A stretch of DNA of 64,000 nt from an uncultured Actinomycetes bacterium (GTDB taxonomy: Bacteria; Actinomycetota; UBA4738; JBBDTT01): NCBI GenBank assembly GCA_963742735.1, contig CAVUMN010000003.1, positions 64,001 through 128,000 on the forward strand. Reading direction: 5' to 3'. Under the pieces are notes generated by a model, which saw only the letters and a program-made list of their open reading frames with translations, made no database searches and was not told the origin of the DNA. Below are positions 39,221-46,690 of the stretch, in pieces; the stretch's first letter is position 1, and every line of letters starts with the position of its first letter. The translations under genes were made by a program, and so were the position numbers.

Positions 39221-39571
39221 ATGGAAGGCTTCGCCGAGCGACTACGCGCCGCGCGTCGCAAAGCCGGGATGAGCCAGGGCGATCTTCAGCGCGCGTCGGG
39301 GGTTCCGAAGTCCCGGCTGTCTCGCTACGAGAACGGCCATCTGCTCCCATCGCTGACGACGCTGGAGCGCATCGCCGCGGCCATCGGGATCCCGCAGGGC
39401 GAGCTCCTGGATCCACGGGAGGCGAACTCGGGCGCGTTCCTGGACGAGCTGCGGGACCGCGGGGTGGAGTTCGACTCCACCAGGGACGCGCGCGACTCGG
39501 CCGACCGCTTCGCCGACATGCTCCAGGACGAGCGCGACGAGCGGGAGGCCGGCGCTCAGGAGCAGGCCTAG
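39221..39571 (+). CDS. XRE family HTH regulator
   Basis: RLRAARRKAGMSQGDL..SRLSRYENG..PSL. Confidence 0.88.
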   Translation: MEGFAERLRAARRKAGMSQGDLQRASGVPKSRLSRYENGHLLPSLTTLERIAAAIGIPQGELLDPREANSGAFLDELRDRGVEFDSTRDARDSADRFADMLQDERDEREAGAQEQA

Positions 39572-39626
39572 CCTCGGTCGCGGGCGCGCGGAATAGGCGT
39601 ACGCTGGACCTGATCGGAGGCGCCTC

Positions 39627-39980
39627 GTGCGCTACTACGTGTTGCTCGATGGGGTAGCCGACGGTGCCCCCAGACCGTTCATCGTCGCGGAGACGGTAGG
39701 CGAACGTGGCGACGACGGCTCCGAGCGGGCCGAAAGCCTGGCCGCCGTCCTTGCGGGACCTCACGCCCGGATCGTCACCGAGGTCGAGCTGCCGCGGATC
39801 GCCGGCGGAGAGATGGCGCTGGCGGAGTGGCGCGACGTCGACGACAGCCGCTACGGAGACACCACCGCCGAGCTCGAGAACGGCCGCGAGGGCGAGGGCC
39901 CGTCCGGCAGCACCAAGGGGCTGGCGTCCGTTACGCAGCTCAAGCCGCGTCGGCGTCGGCATCCTGCCGGATCGGTCTGA
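39627..39980 (+). CDS. hypothetical protein
   Basis: GGAGG RBS; fills the gap between neighbours. Confidence 0.55.
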   Translation: MRYYVLLDGVADGAPRPFIVAETVGERGDDGSERAESLAAVLAGPHARIVTEVELPRIAGGEMALAEWRDVDDSRYGDTTAELENGREGEGPSGSTKGLASVTQLKPRRRRHPAGSV

Positions 39981-40079
39981 CCACCCCGCCGGATTCCCTA
40001 TTGCCTCGGGGTGAAACCCCTTCCCAGCGGGTACGCACTCCCTCATGGCCAAGATGGTGACGTCTTCCCCGAGCGGCGA

Positions 40080-40529
40080 GTGAACCACGAGGACAAGAAG
40101 GAGCGGATCGATCGCGAGCTGATCGAGCTCCTCAACGAGCTCCGGGTCGCACTGCCGGGCGTGCAGGTGCTGTTCGCGTTCCTGCTGATCCTTCCGTTTC
40201 AGCAGGCGTTCCAGGAGATCTCGGGCCTGGACCGAGGGCTCTACTTCGCCTCGCTGCTCAGCACCAGCGCGGCGACCGCGCTCCTGATGGTGCCCACCTC
40301 CTGGCACCGCCTCCGGTTCCGCGGGGGTCCGGGCGAGAAGGAGCGCATGGTGATCGTCGCCAACCGCCTGGCCATCGCCGGCACGGCGCTGCTGGCAGTG
40401 TCGATGACGCTCGTCGTCTATCTGATCACCGACCTGGTGTTCGAGAACCTCTGGGCGCCGCTGGTGGCGGCGGCCAACGCGCTCTGGTTTGCGTTCTTCT
40501 GGTACGTGCTTCCGCTGCGCCGCGGCTAG
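40080..40529 (+). CDS. DUF6328 family membrane protein
   Basis: ELLNELRVALPGVQVLFAFLLILPF. Confidence 0.85.
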   Translation: MNHEDKKERIDRELIELLNELRVALPGVQVLFAFLLILPFQQAFQEISGLDRGLYFASLLSTSAATALLMVPTSWHRLRFRGGPGEKERMVIVANRLAIAGTALLAVSMTLVVYLITDLVFENLWAPLVAAANALWFAFFWYVLPLRRG

Positions 40530-41302
40530 GCGGCGCGCCGAGGAGTCGTCTTCCTGGCGGCCGCCCGCTTGGCCGGTGTCCGCTTGGCCGGCGCCTTCTT
40601 CTGGGCCTTCTTGGCCGGAGCCTTCTTCCTGGCCGGAGCCTTCTTCGCCGTCGTCCGCTTGGCGGCGGGCTTCTTCGTTGCGGACCGCTTCGTAGCCGGC
40701 TTCTTCCTGGCGGACGCCTTGGCGGCGGTTCGCTTCGTCGCGGTGTCGGTGGCCGTGCGGCGGACGTCTCGGGCCGCGTCGCGGGCCCGGTCGACCACCG
40801 CCGCGGCGGCCCCGACCACGACGTTCGCCGGCGGGGTGTCGGGGAGGCTCGGGTGGGGGTGGGTGGGGGCCACCAGCCGGGCCACGCCGAGGGCCTCGCC
40901 CATCACCTTCAGTCGCTTCCTCGGCAGGGCCTGGCGCAGGCGGGGGAACGTCGTGCCCTCCTCCTGGACGAAGTGTCGCGTGGCGCCGGCGATCACCGCC
41001 CGAACGCGCGGTTCGAAGCGCTCGTCGGAGGGGTCCATCCCGTCGAGCTCGGCGAGCTCCTGCTTGATCGCGCGGTGCTCGGAACGGGCCTGCTCGGCCA
41101 GCTGCTCGCCATCGGGAAGGGTCTCCCCGACGACCGGGTACAGGACCTCCTCCTCGACGGAGGTGTGGACCGAGAGCGCGCGGATGATCTCCTCCGCGGC
41201 AAGGCGTTTCTGGGTGTGATCTGCCGCCTGCCGATAGCGCGCGAACAGCTTCTCGGCAGTCCGGTGGTCGTTCCGCAGCAGCGTGAGTGCGTCCTTGGCC
41301 AT
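40526..41302 (-). CDS. hemerythrin (HHE) domain protein with Lys/Ala-rich tail
   Basis: LRNDH, HTSVEEEVLYP, EH, HFVQEE, APTHPHP; PAKK-type repeats. Confidence 0.85.
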   Translation of the reverse strand: MAKDALTLLRNDHRTAEKLFARYRQAADHTQKRLAAEEIIRALSVHTSVEEEVLYPVVGETLPDGEQLAEQARSEHRAIKQELAELDGMDPSDERFEPRVRAVIAGATRHFVQEEGTTFPRLRQALPRKRLKVMGEALGVARLVAPTHPHPSLPDTPPANVVVGAAAAVVDRARDAARDVRRTATDTATKRTAAKASARKKPATKRSATKKPAAKRTTAKKAPARKKAPAKKAQKKAPAKRTPAKRAAARKTTPRRAA

Positions 41303-41390
41303 GGCTTCCCCCGTCCCAGATCGGAGACCTTCATGGCCTGGTACCCGCGATCTGCAGCGGCAAACGAGGGATTCGATACTTTTGGCGGTC

Positions 41391-41762
41391 TCACTGCTCC
41401 GCGGCGTGCACATCGTTGCCGTTCGTCACGGTGGCGAGCAGGAACTCGGCCAGCGCCTCCGCCTCGTCGTCGGGGATCGAAACGGCGCACACGGCCCGGT
41501 CGTCGTTCCAGACCGAGAACCTCACGTGGTGGCTGGGCACCCGCGCGGTGCCGTCGGCCGTGCTCATCTCGATGGACTCCAGGTACCGCGTGACCCGAAG
41601 CGCCGCGTGCGGTGGATCGTCGGAGATCACCGGCATGCCCCAGAACCACCGGCTGACCTTGGGTCCCGATCGGGACAGGAGCTCGCGGGGCACTCGCGCT
41701 CCACACTGCATGCAGAAGCGGTGATCGGCCGCCTGACGAAGCCCACAGCTCGGACAGAACAT
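41391..41762 (-). CDS. zinc-ribbon domain protein
   Basis: MFCPSCG..FCMQCG; GGGAGG RBS. Confidence 0.78.
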   Translation of the reverse strand: MFCPSCGLRQAADHRFCMQCGARVPRELLSRSGPKVSRWFWGMPVISDDPPHAALRVTRYLESIEMSTADGTARVPSHHVRFSVWNDDRAVCAVSIPDDEAEALAEFLLATVTNGNDVHAAEQ

Positions 41763-41850
41763 CGCGACCTCCCTCGCACCCGAGACGCCCGCACGCTAGC
41801 ACGGGGCTCGGTCCGCTCGGAAGGCCGCCCGAACAGTACGATCGGGGGCC

Positions 41851-43074
41851 ATGGACCTCACCGTTCGACCGGTCTCGCTCGACGAGGCGGACGCGTTCGT
41901 CCGCGCGCAGACCCAGACGTTCGGCATCCAGGCGCGCGACGGCGACGTCGCCGCCGAACGGCTGATCTTCGAGCCGGATCGCACGCTGGCGGTCTTCGAC
42001 GGCGAGACGCAGGTGGGGGGCGGGATGGCCGCCACCTTCCGGATGACGGTCCCGGGCGGGGAGTCCTTGCCGACCGCCGGGATCACCTCGGTCGGGGTCA
42101 TGCCCACCCACCGGCGCCGGGGGATCCTCACCAGCCTGATGCGCGAGCAGCTCGAGGACGTCCATCGCCGCGGCGAGCCCCTGGCCGCGCTGTGGGCGTC
42201 GGAGTCCGGGATCTACGGCCGGTTCGGCTACGGCATGGCGGCGTACTCCGCCACGGTGAAGATCGCCCGGGCGTACAGCGCGTTCGCCGGGCCGGTGGAG
42301 CCGGCCGAGCGCATCCGGCTGGTCGACCGGGCCGAAGCGCTCCGGACCTTCCCCGAGGTCTACGAACGCGTGGTCTCGGAGCGGCCGGGCCACATCGCGC
42401 GCAACGCGGCGTGGTGGGACTACACGACGACGGACCTCGAGCACGACCGGAACGGCGCCAGTGAGTACTTCTACGCGCTGCTCGAGCAGGACGGACGGCC
42501 GGAGGGCTACGCGTTCTACCGGATCAAGCAGGACTGGAGCGGCCACCTGCCGGCCGGAGAGGTGTTCGTCGAGGAGCTCGAGGCGGCCTCGCCGACCGCC
42601 CTCGCGCAGCTTTGGCGGTTCCTCCTGGACGTGGACCTGGTGGCCACCGTCAGCGCCCAGCACCGTCCGGCGGATGAGCCGCTGTTCTTCCTGCTCGCGG
42701 ACCCCCGCCGGCTGGAACGCCGCCTCTACGACGGCCTCTACGTCCGCGTGGTGGACGTGCCCGCCGCCCTGGCCGGCCGCCGGTACCGGGCGCCGGGGCG
42801 CCTGGTCGTCGAGGTCCGCGACGGGTTCTGCCCCTGGAACGAGGGCCGATACGCGCTCGAGGGAGGCCCCGACGGCGCCGAGTGCGCGCCGACCGAGGCC
42901 GAGCCGGACCTGATCCTCGACGCGACCGCCCTGGGAGCGGCGTACCTGGGCGGCGTGGCGTTCCAGGGCCTGGCCACGGGCCTCCGTGCGCAGGAGCGCC
43001 GGCCCGGCGCGCTCAAGGAAGCCGACCTGATGTTCGGCGTGAGCCTCGCGCCCTGGTGCGCGCACATGTTCTAG
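41851..43074 (+). CDS. Eis family GNAT acetyltransferase
   Basis: VGVMPTHRRRGIL, LWASESGIYGRFGYG, C-terminal SCP2-like domain. Confidence 0.9.
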   Translation: MDLTVRPVSLDEADAFVRAQTQTFGIQARDGDVAAERLIFEPDRTLAVFDGETQVGGGMAATFRMTVPGGESLPTAGITSVGVMPTHRRRGILTSLMREQLEDVHRRGEPLAALWASESGIYGRFGYGMAAYSATVKIARAYSAFAGPVEPAERIRLVDRAEALRTFPEVYERVVSERPGHIARNAAWWDYTTTDLEHDRNGASEYFYALLEQDGRPEGYAFYRIKQDWSGHLPAGEVFVEELEAASPTALAQLWRFLLDVDLVATVSAQHRPADEPLFFLLADPRRLERRLYDGLYVRVVDVPAALAGRRYRAPGRLVVEVRDGFCPWNEGRYALEGGPDGAECAPTEAEPDLILDATALGAAYLGGVAFQGLATGLRAQERRPGALKEADLMFGVSLAPWCAHMF

Positions 43075-43076
43075 CC

Positions 43077-44036
43077 ATGATCACCTGCCGCGCGTACCGC
43101 GACGGAAAGCCCCTCGACCGGCCGTTCCCGCCGGAGGAGATCAGCGACCGCCTCGAGGAAGGCTGCCTGGTGTGGGTGGACGTCGAGGAGCCGACCGAGG
43201 CGGAGATCGCGCTGGTCGCGGAGGAGTTCGCGCTGCACCCCGAATCGCTCAGCGACCTCAAGGAGCGCAACCAGCGCACCAAGGTCGACCAGTACGGCGA
43301 CTACTTCCAGGTGGTCTCGTACGCGGTCGAGGGGCAGGGCCAGGAGGTCGTCGCCAAGGAGCTCCACATCTACGCGGGCCGCCGCTACCTGCTCACGTTC
43401 CGGTTCGCCCCCGCGTTCACCGTCGACCGGGTGGTCCAGCGGTGGGAGGCGAGCCCGACCCTCGACGCCCACGGCGGTTCGGGCCTCCTGCACGTCCTGC
43501 TGGACGAGATCGTCGACACGTACTTCCCCGTCGTCCAGGCGTTCGACGACGAGGCGGAGGCGCTGGAGGAGCGGGTCTTCGCGACGGAGGTCGAGGTCGG
43601 TCTGCAGGAGGAGCTGTTCAAGCTCAAGAAGCGCCTCGTCGAGTTCCGCCGCCACGTGGTCCCATTGCGCGACGTCCTCGACTTCCTGGAGGAGGACCAG
43701 CTGCTCATCCCCGAAACGGTCAAGCCGTACTTCCGCGACGTCTACGACAACGTCTACCGGGCCATCGAGTTCGTCGACAACAACCGCGAGACGCTCACCG
43801 CGGCGCTGTCGGCGTACCAGTCGGCGGTCGGCAACCAGATGAACGTGGTGATGAAGCGGCTCACCGCGTGGGCGGGGATCCTGCTCGTCCCCACGCTGAT
43901 CGCCGGCATCTACGGGATGAACTTCGTGCACATGCCGGAGCTGTCGTGGACGGTCGGCTACCCGGCGGCCCTCGCCCTCATGTTCGGCGTCTGCTGGATC
44001 CTGTACTGGCAGTTCAAGAAGCGGGGGTGGCTGTAG
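43077..44036 (+). CDS. corA: CorA family Mg/Co transporter
   Basis: GIYGMNF, MPEL, KKRGWL. Confidence 0.92.
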   Translation: MITCRAYRDGKPLDRPFPPEEISDRLEEGCLVWVDVEEPTEAEIALVAEEFALHPESLSDLKERNQRTKVDQYGDYFQVVSYAVEGQGQEVVAKELHIYAGRRYLLTFRFAPAFTVDRVVQRWEASPTLDAHGGSGLLHVLLDEIVDTYFPVVQAFDDEAEALEERVFATEVEVGLQEELFKLKKRLVEFRRHVVPLRDVLDFLEEDQLLIPETVKPYFRDVYDNVYRAIEFVDNNRETLTAALSAYQSAVGNQMNVVMKRLTAWAGILLVPTLIAGIYGMNFVHMPELSWTVGYPAALALMFGVCWILYWQFKKRGWL

Positions 44037-44038
44037 CC

Positions 44039-44371
44039 GTGTGCCGGGCGCTGAAGGTGTTGTGCGCCGCGCCGGGCCACGAGCGCCTGACCGAGCTGAA
44101 GTACGCGGCCGTCTCGAAGGAGTACGAGCTCACCGGCGGTGCCACGGACGCGGAGGAGCTGCTCCGCCAGATCGACGAGCTCGAGCCGGACGCGGTGGTG
44201 GTCACCGCCGAGCTGGCCGGCGCGATCGAGGCCGTCCGGGCCGCCCACCCCTCGCTGCGGATCGTCGCCGTCGGCGCCGAGGCGGAGGCCGCCGACGACT
44301 GGGTCGAGGACGTCCAGGAGGTGCGATCGGCCGTGCTGGGGCTCCGGCGTCCCGGCGGCCCCGTTCGCTGA
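44039..44371 (+). CDS. hypothetical protein, receiver-like fold
   Basis: KVLCAA...EPDAVVV...HPSLRIVAVG pattern. Confidence 0.6.
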   Translation: MCRALKVLCAAPGHERLTELKYAAVSKEYELTGGATDAEELLRQIDELEPDAVVVTAELAGAIEAVRAAHPSLRIVAVGAEAEAADDWVEDVQEVRSAVLGLRRPGGPVR

Positions 44372-44417
44372 GGGTCGCCTCTACACTCGGCCGAACCGAC
44401 CTCGAGGAGGACGCGCC

Positions 44418-44852
44418 ATGGGCCTTCGCACCCCCACGCCCGGCGAACCGCTTCGCCATCCCGTCAACGTCCGTCACCACGCCCGGCGCACGCTCGGTGA
44501 ACGGGTCGCCGACGGGGTCGCCGCCAGGGTCGGCTCGTGGCCGTTCATCATCGTCCAGTCGGCGCTGCTCGGGCTGTGGATCCTGGCCAACGGGCTGCTG
44601 ATCGGGCGGTGGATCTCCGGGAAGCCGTTCGATCCCTATCCGTTCATCCTGCTGAACCTGGTCCTGTCGTTCCAGGCCGCGTACACGGGGCCCGTCGTGA
44701 TGATGAGCCAGAACCGCGCGGCCGAGCGGGACCGCGACGCGGCCGAGCACGACTACGGGGTCAACCAGGAGGCGCTGGACCTGCTGAGGACGCTCGCCGC
44801 GGACCACGCGGCTCTGCGCAGGACGGTGGAGGGGCTCGCGAGGAAGGGCTGA
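44418..44852 (+). CDS. DUF1003 membrane protein
   Basis: GSWPFII, FDPYPFILLNL, VMMSQNR. Confidence 0.9.
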   Translation: MGLRTPTPGEPLRHPVNVRHHARRTLGERVADGVAARVGSWPFIIVQSALLGLWILANGLLIGRWISGKPFDPYPFILLNLVLSFQAAYTGPVVMMSQNRAAERDRDAAEHDYGVNQEALDLLRTLAADHAALRRTVEGLARKG

Positions 44853-44874
44853 GGGGGAGCCCGAAGGCTCCCCC
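44853..44874. terminator. hairpin between convergent genes
   Basis: GGGGGAGCC-CGAA-GGCTCCCCC. Confidence 0.7.
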
Positions 44875-44885
44875 CGTTCGAACCC

Positions 44886-45401
44886 TCAGGCCCAGGCGAA
44901 GCAGTGGGGCCATGCCCCGGGGCCTTGTGAAGCGAGCACGCGCTCGGCGACAGCGACCTGCTGTCCGACCGAGTAGGGGAAGGGGCCAGACCCGTTGAAG
45001 GGCCCGCCGCCGTTCGCGTACCAGGTTCCCGGATGGAACTGGAGGCCTCCCCAGTATCCGTTCCCGGTGTTCGCCGCCCAGTTGCCGCCCGACTCGCACG
45101 CCGCGATGGCGTACCAGTTCGCGCGACCGCTGCCGGTCGATGAGGCACCAACGGTCGATGCCGAGAAGCGGGTGGCCTTCCGGGTCGCACCCCGGAGCAG
45201 GGTCCGCTCGGCACGATCCGCGGCCGAGACCTGGGAAAGAGCGAACGACTTACCGGCGCCTGCCGCGTTCAGCAGATCAGCGGCCGAGTCTCCTCGGTCC
45301 ACGGTCAGTCCGGGCAGGGCGCTGGCGATGGTTGGAACCGCGAGCATGAACACGATCAATGCAGCCGCCATTTCCAGGCGGCGTCTCTTGGGTTTTTCCA
45401 T
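44886..45401 (-). CDS. resuscitation-promoting factor (Rpf) transglycosylase
   Basis: signal peptide; [34 protein letters not shown]. Confidence 0.92.
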   Translation of the reverse strand: MEKPKRRRLEMAAALIVFMLAVPTIASALPGLTVDRGDSAADLLNAAGAGKSFALSQVSAADRAERTLLRGATRKATRFSASTVGASSTGSGRANWYAIAACESGGNWAANTGNGYWGGLQFHPGTWYANGGGPFNGSGPFPYSVGQQVAVAERVLASQGPGAWPHCFAWA

Positions 45402-45501
45402 GGCATGGATCTCACCCCCCGAGCTTGGACGGGGTTATCGGCCCCCGTCATGGGCCGGGTAGGTCATGGGTGTTGAATCACCTCCTGTGGCTCGTCGGAT
45501 A

Positions 45502-45608
45502 GGCCCTTCTCCCGGACCAGCGTCCAACCCACCGCGGGCAGCGCACGCGCGCGTAAACCGCGTCCGATAGCGAAAGGGCTTGGACGAGGGGCGGTCCAGG
45601 GGAAGGCC
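45502..45608 (-). ncRNA. candidate structured leader RNA or sRNA upstream of rpf
   Basis: nested complementary arms form a rod that starts just after the -10. Confidence 0.5.
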
Positions 45609-45611
45609 GCG

Positions 45612-45662
45612 ATTCTACCAGGCTGCTAGCCAGTGGCAAGCAGGTTTACGAACATGCGTTCG
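45612..45662 (-). promoter_or_regulatory. sigma70-type promoter with adjacent LexA box
   Basis: TTGCCA-N16-TAGAAT with extended TG; CGAACATGCGTTCG at 45649-45662. Confidence 0.7.
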
Positions 45663-45763
45663 ATCCCGTCCCGAAGGCGGTCGCGGCGGTGCCGGCCCGG
45701 GCCCACACCGATCTTCACCTGCCGGCGGGCTCCGCGTACCCACCGGGCCACTAGCATGGGAGC

Positions 45764-46690
45764 GTGATCCGCAAGGTCCTTCTGGCGTCGCCGCGCGGCT
45801 ACTGCGCCGGAGTGGAGCGCGCTGTCGACGCGGTCGAGCGCGCCCTCGACCGATACGGCTCGCCCGTGTACGTGCGCAAGCAGATCGTGCACAACCTGCA
45901 CGTGGTGCGGGACCTGGAGCGCAAGGGGGCGATCTTCGTCGAGGAGGAGGCCGAGGTGCCCGAGGGGGCCACGGTCATCCTGTCCGCGCACGGCGTGGCC
46001 CCGGAGGTGTACGCGAACTCCGAGGCCCGGTCCCTGAACGTGATCGACGCGACGTGCCCCCTCGTCACCAAGGTCCACCTGGAGGCCCGGCGGTTCGCGC
46101 GCGACGGCTACACGATCCTGCTCATCGGGCACGAGGGCCACGAGGAGGTCGTGGGTACGAGCGGCGAGGCCCCCGAGCACATCCGGCTGGTCCAGGACGT
46201 TGACGAGGCCCGCACGGTCGAGGTCGCCGACCCCGAGCGGGTCTCGTACCTGTCCCAGACCACGCTCTCCGTGGACGAGACCACCCGGATCATCGACGTG
46301 CTCCGCGGGCGGTTCCCGGCCATCCAGGGCCCGCCCCGCGACGACATCTGCTACGCCACGCAGAACCGCCAGGACGCCGTGAAGGACCTGCGCGAGCGCG
46401 TGGACGTGCTGCTGGTCATCGGCTCGCAGAACTCCTCGAACTCCAAGCGGCTCGTGGAGGTCTCGGTGGCCGCCGGGACCCCCGCCTACCTGGTGGACGA
46501 CGAGAGCGAGATCTCCCCGGACTGGCTCGAGGGCGCCGAGGTCGTCGGCGTCACCAGCGGCGCCAGCGCCCCGGAATGGCTCGTCGAGCGGGTCCTGGAC
46601 TGGCTCCGCGCCCGGGGCGCTGCCGAAGTCGAGGAGGTCCGCACGATCGAGGAGCACATGGCCTTCTCGCTCCCCGCCGGCGTTCGCTAG
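45764..46690 (+). CDS. ispH: 4-hydroxy-3-methylbut-2-enyl diphosphate reductase
   Basis: [33 protein letters not shown]. Confidence 0.96.
   Translation: MIRKVLLASPRGYCAGVERAVDAVERALDRYGSPVYVRKQIVHNLHVVRDLERKGAIFVEEEAEVPEGATVILSAHGVAPEVYANSEARSLNVIDATCPLVTKVHLEARRFARDGYTILLIGHEGHEEVVGTSGEAPEHIRLVQDVDEARTVEVADPERVSYLSQTTLSVDETTRIIDVLRGRFPAIQGPPRDDICYATQNRQDAVKDLRERVDVLLVIGSQNSSNSKRLVEVSVAAGTPAYLVDDESEISPDWLEGAEVVGVTSGASAPEWLVERVLDWLRARGAAEVEEVRTIEEHMAFSLPAGVR

Noticed and set aside
39221-39980. XRE plus small ORF as a prophage remnant or toxin-antitoxin pair
   Set aside because: No integrase, att site, phage genes or recognisable toxin motif
45402-45610. c-di-AMP riboswitch, SRP RNA or 6S RNA
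   Set aside because: No recognisable ydaO or SRP motifs; too short and no clear central bubble for 6S. An Rfam scan is still needed
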